From Alphaproteobacteria bacterium (GTDB lineage: Bacteria > Pseudomonadota > Alphaproteobacteria > MPNO01), in assembly GCA_963667285.1 (NCBI GenBank), contig OY763326.1, positions 3,055,546 to 3,119,545 on the forward strand: a stretch of 64,000 bases of DNA, in the 5' to 3' direction. A model generated the notes under the pieces. That model searched no databases, was not told the origin of the DNA, and worked only from the letters and a program-made list of their open reading frames with translations. The position numbers and the translations under genes are program-made. Of this stretch, positions 55,610 to 64,000 are shown in pieces. The first letter of the stretch is position 1. Every line of letters begins with the position of its first letter.

Positions 55610-57033
55610 TTGCCGGGCGCGTCCCCGATCGCGAGACCGGCGAGCTGCGCGCGGAAGCCGTCGGCGTCTTCGAGGCAGCGCAGGTCGAGCAGGAAAGCGC
55701 CGTCGGCGATGCGCCCGATCACCGGCACCGGAAGCGCGGCAAAGGCCTCGGCCAGCCGCTCGAGGTCGCCGCCGCGCCGGGAATTCGGCCTGATCGCGAT
55801 CGCCCGGCTCGGGATGCTGGCGACCGGAAGCGCGCCCGAGCCGATCTGGCTCAGGCAGGGCAGGGTCTCGACCGCGAACCCGTCTCCCACGCTCGCCCGG
55901 ACCGCCGGGGCGATCTCTTCGCACAGTGCGGCGACCGCGTCCCCGCTCCGGGTCAGGTGGCGCAGCGTCGGCAGGCGTTCCGCGATGCGGTCGGGATCGC
56001 GGTAGAGCGCGAGCGTGGCCGCGAGCGCCGCCATCGTCATCTTGTCCACCCGCAGCGCGCGCTTGAGCGGGTTGCGCTTGATCTCCGCGATCAGATCGCG
56101 CCGGCCGACGATCAGCCCGGCCTGCGGGCCGCCGAGCAGCTTGTCGCCGCTGAAGGTGACGAGGTCGGCGCCGGCCGCGAGCGTCTCGGCGACCGTGGTC
56201 TCGTGGGCGAGGCCGTAGCGCTCGAGCCGCACCAGCGCGCCGCTGCCGAGGTCCACCGCGAAGGGCACGCCGCGCTCGGCGCAGAGCGCCGCGAGCCGGT
56301 TCTCGGGCGCCTCCGCGGCAAATCCCTGGATCGCGTAGTTGCTGGCGTGCACCTTCATCACCAGCGCGGTTTCCTCGCCGATTGCTGCCTCGAAATCGCT
56401 CAGATGGGTGCGGTTGGTGGTGCCGACCTCGCGCAGGACGCAGCCCGCCGCCGCCATCACCTCCGGCATGCGGAACGAGCCGCCGATCTCGACGAGTTCG
56501 CCACGCGAGACCGGCACCTCGCGCCCCCCGGCCAGGGTCGAGAGCACGAGCAGCACCGCGGCGGCGTTGTTGTTCACTGCCGTCGCCGCCTCGGCGCCGG
56601 TCAGCCGGCAGAGCAGCGCCTCGATATGGGAATCCCGGTCGCCGCGCGCCGCCCGGCCGACATCGTATTCCAGCGTCGACGGTCCGCCCGCCACCGCGAC
56701 CGCCGCCTCGATGGCCTCCGCCGCCAGGCTCGCCCGTCCGAGATTGGTGTGCAGCACGGTGCCGGTCAGGTTGAAGACGGGCCGGAGCGAGGGCGCGGCT
56801 TCCGCCTCCGCCCGCGCTGCAATCCGCGCGGCGAGAGCCTCTGTCCCGGCGACTCCGGGGTCGGTCCCGACACCCGTCAATATGGCGCGCCGGAGCTCGT
56901 CCAGAACCCCGCGCGCCGCTTCGACGACGACGGCGCGGCCATGGCGTTCGGCCGCCTCCCGCAGGGGCGCCGAGTCGAGCATCCGGTCGACCGCAGGGAT
57001 CGAAGACAGCAGCGCCGAGGGGTCTTTCGGCAT
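55606..57033 (-). CDS. selA: L-seryl-tRNA(Sec) selenium transferase SelA
   Basis: The PLP-lysine context is [13 protein letters not shown]. The ATG ([13 protein letters not shown]) is preferred; GTG at 57051 is the alternative. The stop overlaps the selB start (ATGA). Confidence 0.9.
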   Translation of the reverse strand: MPKDPSALLSSIPAVDRMLDSAPLREAAERHGRAVVVEAARGVLDELRRAILTGVGTDPGVAGTEALAARIAARAEAEAAPSLRPVFNLTGTVLHTNLGRASLAAEAIEAAVAVAGGPSTLEYDVGRAARGDRDSHIEALLCRLTGAEAATAVNNNAAAVLLVLSTLAGGREVPVSRGELVEIGGSFRMPEVMAAAGCVLREVGTTNRTHLSDFEAAIGEETALVMKVHASNYAIQGFAAEAPENRLAALCAERGVPFAVDLGSGALVRLERYGLAHETTVAETLAAGADLVTFSGDKLLGGPQAGLIVGRRDLIAEIKRNPLKRALRVDKMTMAALAATLALYRDPDRIAERLPTLRHLTRSGDAVAALCEEIAPAVRASVGDGFAVETLPCLSQIGSGALPVASIPSRAIAIRPNSRRGGDLERLAEAFAALPVPVIGRIADGAFLLDLRCLEDADGFRAQLAGLAIGDAPGK

Positions 57034-57070
57034 GGCCGGCGACCTTACCACAGTGCGGATGGGGCCACGG

Positions 57071-58591
57071 TCAGCGCAGCCGGATCAGCCGTTCGATGCC
57101 GATGTCCCGCGCGTGGGTGTCGAGCAGCATGGCGCGGAACGGGGCGTGGTGCCGGGCGATGAAGTCCTCGCGCCCGCCCATGCGTTCGGCGAAGCGGGTG
57201 GCGATCCCGGCGGCCTCGGCGAGAATCGCGTCTTCGTCGATTGTCAGCAACGCGCCGTCGCGGACCACCTGCCGGCCGTCGATCCAGACATGCTCGGTGC
57301 CGGCGCCCTGCTCGTAGAACAGGATATGCCGCCACGGATCGCCCATCGGCATGTGCCAGTGGCTGCGCGTGTCGACGACCAGGATGTCGGCCCGCGCGCC
57401 GGGGGCGAGGGTGCCGATCCGGCCCGGCTCGCCCATCGCCCGGGCGCCGCCCTGCATGGCGAGCGCCAGCATGCCGGCCGCGTCGATCCACTTGTCGGGG
57501 TCGGGTTCGGTCAGCCGCGACAGATAGGCGGCCACGCGGACCGGTTCGAGCAGCGCCGCGGGGCTGCAATTCGTGCCGTCCGAGCCGAAGGCGACCGGAA
57601 TGCCGCTCTCCACCAGGCGCAGCATCGGGCAGACGCCGGAGCCCAGCATCATGTTGGACGGCGCCGGGTGGATGACGGTGAGCCCGGCCTCCCGGGCGGC
57701 GGCGATGTCGTCCTCGGCCGACCAGACGAAATGGGCGAACGAGCTCTTGTCGTCGACGATCCCGAGCCGCGCGAGCCTGGCCACGAAGCCCTCGCCGGGG
57801 GCGCGCATCGCGGCCTGGGTCTTGGCTTCCAGCATGTGGGTGTGCAGCCCGAGCCCGGTGCGCGTCTTGGCGTCCGCCGTCATTTCGATCAGCGCGTCGC
57901 TGCAGCGCTGCGGCCCGTCCACCCCGAGCAGCAGGCCGAGGCGGCCGTTCGCGGTATCGAGGGTTTCGAGCGCCGCCTCGACGGTCGCGAAATAGGCCTC
58001 GGCGTCCGGCGGGGTCATGCGTTCGTAGAACGCCCGCAGCTCGTCCGGCAGGCGCGAGGCGTCGATCGGCACGGTATCGAGATAGGGGAGGTCGGCGAAC
58101 ATCGGGGCGATGCGGGCGCGCAGCCCGGCCTCGCGATACCCCGCCGCGACCGCTTCCAGCCCCTCTCCGGTGGTTTGCGGGCGTTCGGAATAGTGGTCGA
58201 TCACCGAGGTGACGCCCGATTTCAGCAGCGTGATGCAGTCGACCTGTGCGGACACGAAGATCTCGCGCGGGCTCCGGTCGCTGCCGCCGGCAATCGCGCG
58301 GATCATGTAGAGGTCGAGCGGCACGGCATCCACGGTGCCCTTGAGCAGCGCCGAGTAGGAATGCGAATGGGCGTTGATCAGCCCCGGCATGACGATACGG
58401 CCATCGGCCTGGACGGCGGCGACCTCCGCGCCCGGCGGCGGCGTATGACCGCCCGCCTCGCAGACCGCGCGGATTTCGCCCCCCGCGAACCAAACCTCGC
58501 CGTTCTCGATCGTCCGGCTCGAGCCGTCGCAGGGCAGAACCGTTCCACCGCGGATAACGACGATGTTGCCGTCGGGCGTCGCTTCGGGCAT
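57071..58591 (-). CDS. Amidohydrolase (cytosine deaminase / chlorohydrolase-like, TRZ/ATZ family)
   Basis: The metal-binding motif is PGLINAHSHS. It ends 19 bp upstream of selA on the same strand. Confidence 0.85.
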   Translation of the reverse strand: MPEATPDGNIVVIRGGTVLPCDGSSRTIENGEVWFAGGEIRAVCEAGGHTPPPGAEVAAVQADGRIVMPGLINAHSHSYSALLKGTVDAVPLDLYMIRAIAGGSDRSPREIFVSAQVDCITLLKSGVTSVIDHYSERPQTTGEGLEAVAAGYREAGLRARIAPMFADLPYLDTVPIDASRLPDELRAFYERMTPPDAEAYFATVEAALETLDTANGRLGLLLGVDGPQRCSDALIEMTADAKTRTGLGLHTHMLEAKTQAAMRAPGEGFVARLARLGIVDDKSSFAHFVWSAEDDIAAAREAGLTVIHPAPSNMMLGSGVCPMLRLVESGIPVAFGSDGTNCSPAALLEPVRVAAYLSRLTEPDPDKWIDAAGMLALAMQGGARAMGEPGRIGTLAPGARADILVVDTRSHWHMPMGDPWRHILFYEQGAGTEHVWIDGRQVVRDGALLTIDEDAILAEAAGIATRFAERMGGREDFIARHHAPFRAMLLDTHARDIGIERLIRLR

Positions 58592-58637
58592 TTAGAGCCT
58601 CCCTTCGAGCGTGAGGCTCATTTCAATCGGTCGTGCC

Positions 58638-59807
58638 ATGGAACGCAAACCGACAACCGACGCGATCAAGGACATCCTCGGAGACCTGATCGCCACCCGG
58701 TCCACCGACCCGCCGGGCGACACGACGGCGATCTGCGCCTATGCGGCCGAGCGTCTGTCCGCCGCCGGATATGCGGTCGAGACCCTGTCCCGGGTGGAAG
58801 GCATCGCCAACACGGTCGGGCGCATGGGCGACGGCAGACCGTCGCTGGTCTTCAACGCCCATGCCGACACCGTCGATGTCGGCAATCGCGAGGACTGGCT
58901 CACCGACCCCTTCGTCGCCACCGAGATCGACGGCAATCTGCACGGCCTCGGCGCCGGCAACAGCAAGGCCGCGATGGCGGTCCAGCTCTGGCTCGCCGAG
59001 CGCATCGCCGAGGCCGGCGGGCCGCGCAGCGGCGAGGTCGTGTTCACCTTCGTCGGCGACGAGGAGCGGCTCGGGCCCAACGGGCTCGCCTTCCTGCGCG
59101 AGACGGGGGCGGTCCGACCCGACTACCTGGTCCTCGGCGCGCAGACCCAGCTCCAGACCATCACCGAGGAGCGCGGCGTGTTCTGGTCCCGGCTCACCGC
59201 GCGCGGACGCGCGGCCCATGCCGGCGACCCCGCGGCCGGCGACAACGCGATCCTCCGCATGATGCGGCTGATCGAGACCCTGCGACGCGAGCTTGTCCCG
59301 AGGCTCGCGGTGCGCCGTCACCGCAGGCTCAAATCGACCATGAATATCGGCACCATTCGCGGCGGCCACAACACCAACGCGGTGCCGAGCGAATGCGTCA
59401 TCGAGATCGACCGGCGCACGCTGCCGGAAGAAAAGATGGACGATGCCTTCGCCGAGATGGAGGCAGCGCTCGCCACGTCGGGCGAGCCGGAGGTGAGCTA
59501 CGCGTTCGAATTCCTGACCGGCACCAACGGCTTCACTTCGACCGGCGATACACCCTGCATCGCGGCATTCCACCGGGCGATCGGCCGGGTGACCGGCGAA
59601 CCGCTGCGCGAGTTCGTCGCCGTGGGCGCGAGCGACGGACGCTATTTCACCGAGGACGGGATCGAGATCCTGACCTTCGGCCCCGGCGCGGCGGATCAGG
59701 GGCACGCGGCGAACGAATGGGTGCCGATCGCGCAGCTGGCGCCCGCCGCGGAGATCCAGCTCGCCGTGGTCGAGGAGCTTCTCGGGCTCGGTCAGTCCGG
59801 CCGGTAG
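58638..59807 (+). CDS. M20 family metallopeptidase (ArgE/DapE/YgeY-like)
   Basis: Carries ...NAHADTV... and ...GAGNSKAAMA... The ATG is MERKPTT. Confidence 0.85.
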   Translation: MERKPTTDAIKDILGDLIATRSTDPPGDTTAICAYAAERLSAAGYAVETLSRVEGIANTVGRMGDGRPSLVFNAHADTVDVGNREDWLTDPFVATEIDGNLHGLGAGNSKAAMAVQLWLAERIAEAGGPRSGEVVFTFVGDEERLGPNGLAFLRETGAVRPDYLVLGAQTQLQTITEERGVFWSRLTARGRAAHAGDPAAGDNAILRMMRLIETLRRELVPRLAVRRHRRLKSTMNIGTIRGGHNTNAVPSECVIEIDRRTLPEEKMDDAFAEMEAALATSGEPEVSYAFEFLTGTNGFTSTGDTPCIAAFHRAIGRVTGEPLREFVAVGASDGRYFTEDGIEILTFGPGAADQGHAANEWVPIAQLAPAAEIQLAVVEELLGLGQSGR

Positions 59808-61207
59808 GCGGTGATCGCCGCGGTCGTCTTGTCGACATTGCGCGGCGCCGGCTCCGGCATGTCCTGGACCACCGGCCGGCCCCAGCCCGCCGTGTCGGCC
59901 AGCATGCCGTCGCGGACGACGATCCTGCCGCGCACCATCGTGTGCACCACCCGCGCCCTGGTCTCGAAACCGTGCCAGGGCGTCATGCGGCTGCGCGAAT
60001 GGAGCGCATCGCGCGAGATCCGCCCCTCCGCCGCGAGGTCGACGATGGCGATATCGGCGTCGGAGCCGGGCGCGATCAGCCCCTTGCGCGGATAGCAGCC
60101 CCAGGCCCTGGCGGGCGCCGCGGCGGACCAGTCGACATACTGGTTGAGCGTGAGCCTTCCTTCCGCCACCTGGGTCAGCATGATCGGCATCTGGGTCTCG
60201 ACGCCGGGAAAGCCGCACTCGCACTCCCAGATGCTGTTGGACGCCTTCTCCTCCGGCAGATGGGGCGCGTGGTCGGTGGCGATCATGTCGATCGTCCCGT
60301 CATGCAGCGCCGCCCACAGCGCCTCGCCATGGCCCTTCTCGCGGATCGGCGGGTTGACCCGGAGCTGCCCGCCGAGCGCGTCCATGTCGTCGACCGAGAA
60401 GATCAGATATTGCGGGCAGGTCTCGACGGTCACGTCGACGCCGCGCGCCTTGGCGCGGCGGACGAGGTCGAGCCCGTCGGCGGATGACTTGTGCGCGATA
60501 TGGAGCCGGGCGCCCGTCCACTCGGCGAAGGCGGTGGCGCGGCCGACCGCCTCGACGGCGCAGATCTCCGGGCGGGCGGCGAGATGGGCGGGGGCGTCGT
60601 TGCGCCCGGCCTCCCTCATCTTCGCCTCGCGCCGCGCCATGATCGACGCGTTCTCGGCATGGACGGTGCAGCGCATGCCGAGCCTCGCCAGGATCTCGAA
60701 CCCTTCCAGCATCGCCCCGTCGGACGGCGCCGGCAGGTCGCCGAAGGTGTTGCCCATGAAGCACTTGAAGCCGCTGACCCCGGCGCGCGTCAGCTCTTCG
60801 AGCCGGTCGATATTGTTCTCGTCCAGAAGGCCGTAGATGCCGTAATCGACATGGGCCTGCCGTTTGGCCCGGGCCTGCTTGTCGCGCAGCGCCTCCAGCG
60901 TGCCGGTCGGCGGGTGGGTGTTGGGCATCTCGAAGACGGTGGTGGTGCCGCCGCACGCCGCCGCCGCGGTGCCGGTCTCCCAGTTCTCCTTGTAGTCGTA
61001 GCCCGGCTCGCGGAAATGGACATGGCTGTCGACCGCGCCCGGGAGCACATGCAGCCCGCCGGCGTCGATGGTCTCCCGCGCCGGCGGCGACATCTCGCCG
61101 GCCGCGATGCCGACGATGCGTTCGCCGTCGATCGCGATATCCGCGTCGATCGTGGCGGACGGCGAGACCACCGCCCCGCCCTTGATCAGCAGGTCGACCG
61201 TTTTCAT
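59792..61207 (-). CDS. Cyclic amidohydrolase (allantoinase / hydantoinase / dihydroorotase-like)
   Basis: Carries the motifs VDSHVHFREPG and ATDHAPH. The 3' end overlaps the M20 gene convergently by 16 bp. Confidence 0.85.
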   Translation of the reverse strand: MKTVDLLIKGGAVVSPSATIDADIAIDGERIVGIAAGEMSPPARETIDAGGLHVLPGAVDSHVHFREPGYDYKENWETGTAAAACGGTTTVFEMPNTHPPTGTLEALRDKQARAKRQAHVDYGIYGLLDENNIDRLEELTRAGVSGFKCFMGNTFGDLPAPSDGAMLEGFEILARLGMRCTVHAENASIMARREAKMREAGRNDAPAHLAARPEICAVEAVGRATAFAEWTGARLHIAHKSSADGLDLVRRAKARGVDVTVETCPQYLIFSVDDMDALGGQLRVNPPIREKGHGEALWAALHDGTIDMIATDHAPHLPEEKASNSIWECECGFPGVETQMPIMLTQVAEGRLTLNQYVDWSAAAPARAWGCYPRKGLIAPGSDADIAIVDLAAEGRISRDALHSRSRMTPWHGFETRARVVHTMVRGRIVVRDGMLADTAGWGRPVVQDMPEPAPRNVDKTTAAITAYRPD

Positions 61208-61217
61208 CGCAGCGCCC

Positions 61218-62024
61218 CTATATCACCCAGCCGCCGTCGACGGCGAGATCCTGGCCGGTGATGTTACGGGAGCGGTCGCTGGCGAAAAAGAGCACCGCCT
61301 CGGCAACGTCCGAATCGGTCGAGATCCGCTTCAGCGCGTATTCCTCCTCGTGCTGCCGGCGCGCCTCCGCCGGGGCGATGCCGAGGCGCTCGGCGCGCTC
61401 GGCGCAGACCTTGCGGAAGCGCGGCCCGTCGACCATGCCGGGGCAGACGCAGTTGACGTTGATGTTGTGCGGCCCGGCCTCCAGCGCGGTCGACTTGGTG
61501 ATCCCCCTGAGGCCCCATTTGGAGGCGGAATAGGCCATCCGCCCCTGGCGGCCGCGCAGCCCGAACGTGCCGCCGACATTGACGATCTTGCCGTAGCGCC
61601 GTTCGATCATGTGCGGGATCACCGCGCGCATGGTGAGCCACGCCCCCTTCATGTTGAGCTCGACGATCTGGTCGAAATCCTCGGGCTCGATCTCCCACGA
61701 CGAGCGGCCGAGAGGGCCGGTGCCGCCGGCCACGTTGACCAGCACGTCGATCTTGCCATAGGCGTCGAGCCCCGCCCGCACCGCGGCTTCGACGGCCGTC
61801 GCGTCGGTCACGTCGCAGGGCGCGACGATGGCGCCGCTTCCCATCGCTCTCGCCTCTTCGGCGACCGGAGCGATGGCCGCGGTGTCCCGCCCGGCGAGCA
61901 CCAGGTCGGCCCCTTCCTCGGCGAATCGCCTTGTGATCTGCGCCCCCATGCCCTTGGCCGGGCCGGTGATGAGCACCGCATGATCGTCGAAATCGGCCAC
62001 CGTTCCGTTCTCCCCGCCCGGCAA
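61218..62024 (-). CDS. Short-chain dehydrogenase/reductase (SDR) family oxidoreductase
   Basis: The cofactor-binding motif is TGPAKGMG and the catalytic dyad is YSASK. Confidence 0.85.
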   Translation of the reverse strand: MPGGENGTVADFDDHAVLITGPAKGMGAQITRRFAEEGADLVLAGRDTAAIAPVAEEARAMGSGAIVAPCDVTDATAVEAAVRAGLDAYGKIDVLVNVAGGTGPLGRSSWEIEPEDFDQIVELNMKGAWLTMRAVIPHMIERRYGKIVNVGGTFGLRGRQGRMAYSASKWGLRGITKSTALEAGPHNINVNCVCPGMVDGPRFRKVCAERAERLGIAPAEARRQHEEEYALKRISTDSDVAEAVLFFASDRSRNITGQDLAVDGGWVI

Positions 62025-62100
62025 TTTCCAATTCGCGCGAAAATGCTCTAGTCAATCGCGGGACGAGTCGCAATGATCGGCCGCCCTTGGGAGAAATGCG

Positions 62101-63426
62101 ATGACTTGGTCAGAAAGCGAAATCGCCGCCCTGGTCGAGCCCGACCGGGTGCACCGGAAGGCCTATGTGGATCCCGGGATCTTCGACCTGGAGATGGAAC
62201 GGATCTTCGAGCGGCTGTGGATCTATATCGGCCACGAGAGCCAGGTGAAGAACCCCGGCGACTACTACCTCGCCCGCGTCGGCCGCCAGCCGATGATGAT
62301 GACCCGCGACCGGAACGGCGAGATCAACGTGCTCTACAACCGCTGCCCCCATCGCGGCGCGCAGATCTGCTCGGCGCGCAAGGGCAACGCGGGCAAGCTG
62401 TTCCGCTGCTCCTACCACGCCTGGATGTTCGAGCTCGACGGCAGGCTGGAGAGCGTGCCGGGCGTCAAGGGCTATGAGGGGACGCGGTTCGACGCGGCCG
62501 ACCCCGCCTTCCACATCCGCAAGGCGCCAAGGGCCGACAACTATCGCGGCTTCTGGTTCGCATCGCTCGCCGAGGACGGGCCCGACCTCGAAACCCATCT
62601 CGGGCGGGCCAGGCTCGCGCTCGACCAGCTTGTCGACCGCTCGCCCGACGGCGAGATCGAGGTGGTCGGCGACTGCTTCCACATGATCCAGCAATCCAAC
62701 TGGAAGATCTTTCTGGAAAACCAGATCGACGTGTCGCACCCCGGCGCGACCCACGAATCGACGGGCGCGGCGGCGCGCAGCGTCGAGAACGAGATGAAGC
62801 GCGACGGCGAAGACCCGCCGATGTCCTACGGCTTCCTGTCCGATTTCGTGCGCCACGGCATCGACGGCTGGGACAAGTTCGGCACCACCGGCCTCCCGCA
62901 GGGGCATTGCACGCTGGAAGGCTATATGGGGCTGCGCCCGAACGACCCCGACACCAACGAATATGTCCGGCGCATGTACGAGTCCTACGGCGAGGAGAAG
63001 ACGGAGGAAATCCTCGGCGTCGACCTCCACCACGTGCTGCTCTACCCGTGCAACTCGGTGCAGCCGCCGCTGCAGCAGCTCCGTACCATCCGCCCCCTGG
63101 GCCCCAACCGGACGCTGAGCGAGATCTGGCATTTCCGGCTGAAGGGCGCGCCCGAGGCGATCTACCAGCGCTCGCTCGCCTATTACTATCTGGTGAACTC
63201 GCCCTCGACGATGGTCAACGCCGACGATCTGTTCAACTGGTGGAAATGCCAGCACGGGCTCGAGAGCAACGCCATCGAATGGGTGAGCTTCCACCGCAAC
63301 GCGGGTCAGGACAGCGAGGAGGGCGGCATCATGTACTCCGCCCCGTCCTCGATGAGCGAGCTTCCCATGCGCTCGATGATGCAGGCCTGGAAGGGCTACA
63401 TGACCGCCAACGGCGCGGGGGCGTAG
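62101..63426 (+). CDS. Aromatic ring-hydroxylating dioxygenase alpha subunit (Rieske)
   Basis: SD GGAGA precedes the ATG. The Rieske motif is CPHRG...CSYHAW. Confidence 0.9.
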   Translation: MTWSESEIAALVEPDRVHRKAYVDPGIFDLEMERIFERLWIYIGHESQVKNPGDYYLARVGRQPMMMTRDRNGEINVLYNRCPHRGAQICSARKGNAGKLFRCSYHAWMFELDGRLESVPGVKGYEGTRFDAADPAFHIRKAPRADNYRGFWFASLAEDGPDLETHLGRARLALDQLVDRSPDGEIEVVGDCFHMIQQSNWKIFLENQIDVSHPGATHESTGAAARSVENEMKRDGEDPPMSYGFLSDFVRHGIDGWDKFGTTGLPQGHCTLEGYMGLRPNDPDTNEYVRRMYESYGEEKTEEILGVDLHHVLLYPCNSVQPPLQQLRTIRPLGPNRTLSEIWHFRLKGAPEAIYQRSLAYYYLVNSPSTMVNADDLFNWWKCQHGLESNAIEWVSFHRNAGQDSEEGGIMYSAPSSMSELPMRSMMQAWKGYMTANGAGA

Positions 63427-63429
63427 GCG

Positions 63430-63966
63430 ATGGGTGCGGCGGCGCAAAAGCTGGCGGCGGGCGACCGGTTCTCGGCCGCCAGGGTGAGCATCGAGACCCA
63501 GCTCGCGGTCGAGCGGTTCCTCTACCGCCAGGCCGAGATCCTCGACGAGAAGCAATGGGACGACTGGCTCGCCCTGTTCGCCGAGGACGGCCATTACTGG
63601 ATGCCGGTGACCGAGGACCAGGAGGACGGCGAGGGGGTTCCCAACATCTTCTGGGAAGACCTCAACATGATGAAGATGCGGGTTCGCCGGAACAACCATC
63701 CCCAGGCGCACAGCCAGGCGCCGGAGAACCGGCTGTGCCACGTGGTCTCCAACGTGATCGTGGAATCGGAGGATCCCAACGGCGACGTCGTGGTGCGGTC
63801 GCGCTTCCACTGCGCGGAATATCTGCGCTACGACATCCGCAACTTCACCGGCCGCTACCGCCATTACCTCAGGAAGACGGCGGACGGCTACCGGATCGCC
63901 CTCCAGCGGGTCGACCTGGTCAACCGGGAAGGGCCCTACGAATACGTCATCCAGTGGTGGCTCTGA
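63430..63966 (+). CDS. Aromatic ring-hydroxylating dioxygenase beta subunit
   Basis: An SnoaL-like beta-subunit sequence; 4 nt after the alpha stop. Confidence 0.85.
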   Translation: MGAAAQKLAAGDRFSAARVSIETQLAVERFLYRQAEILDEKQWDDWLALFAEDGHYWMPVTEDQEDGEGVPNIFWEDLNMMKMRVRRNNHPQAHSQAPENRLCHVVSNVIVESEDPNGDVVVRSRFHCAEYLRYDIRNFTGRYRHYLRKTADGYRIALQRVDLVNREGPYEYVIQWWL

Positions 63967-64000
63967 GGGACCGAAGCGCCGGATGAGCGTCGTCGAGGCG

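Noticed and set aside
56339-60487. 1382-aa plus-strand ORF across selA, the amidohydrolase, M20 and hydantoinase region
   Set aside because: The same GC-driven artefact. It overlaps four well-supported genes on both strands and has no recognisable domains.
1-64000. Integrase/transposase/prophage genes adjacent to tRNA-Sec or the repeat arrays
   Set aside because: None was found in any frame. Mobility is inferred only from repeats, duplications and pseudogenes.

Overview
This 64-kb window is about 70% GC and looks like proteobacterial, probably alphaproteobacterial, chromosome. Coding density is high and many starts are GTG/TTG or sit in 4-nt ATGA/GTGA overlaps. No integrase, transposase, CRISPR or prophage genes were found.

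Left ~12 kb (accessory-like). A SixA-like histidine phosphatase is followed by two arrays of ~120-bp nested-palindrome MITE/REP-like elements. These arrays bracket a two-gene cassette (a retropepsin-like aspartic protease plus an overlapping 92-aa partner) and a diverged partial duplicate of the sixA 3' end. Next come a translationally coupled luciferase-like monooxygenase / alpha-beta hydrolase / GNAT operon, an orphan DUF2442 gene beside a ~210-bp palindrome, a vapC (PIN toxin) remnant, an orphan UbiD-family decarboxylase behind a near-consensus sigma70 promoter in an AT-rich islet, and a 1243-aa autotransporter.

Middle. Two ABC importers (Dpp/Opp-like ABCDF and Liv-like K-G-F-H-M) and a secreted 5'-nucleotidase. 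A Tat-exported carotenoid-cleavage-family oxygenase plus DUF2141 lies divergent from a LytTR membrane regulator. A decayed RND-exporter/LolA-like locus follows (5' truncation, TGG->TGA nonsense, deletion fusion). Then a DegP-like protease, a tri-domain acyl-ACP synthetase-ACP-PlsC acyltransferase with a lipase-like hydrolase, and two VOC proteins.

Right ~30 kb is a catabolic island. It holds an SsnA/8-oxoguanine-deaminase-like amidohydrolase, a three-subunit xanthine-dehydrogenase-family Mo hydroxylase, Qor and an Old-Yellow-Enzyme flavoprotein. An 8-gene minus-strand operon contains a VanA-like Rieske oxygenase, a TcuA-like flavoprotein, a 2-hydroxyacid dehydrogenase, a PrpD/MmgE protein, two paralogous cupins, a fumarylacetoacetate-hydrolase-family protein and a Rieske alpha subunit. 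After it come a DUF1116/AllG-like gene, tRNA-Sec (selC), a crotonase, an amidohydrolase-selA-selB operon, an M20 peptidase, an allantoinase/hydantoinase-like amidohydrolase, a short-chain dehydrogenase and a ring-hydroxylating dioxygenase alpha/beta pair.

The most notable observation is a complete selenocysteine-insertion apparatus (selA, selB, tRNA-Sec) inside an N-heterocycle catabolic island, with no recognisable selenoprotein, selD or fdh gene in the window.
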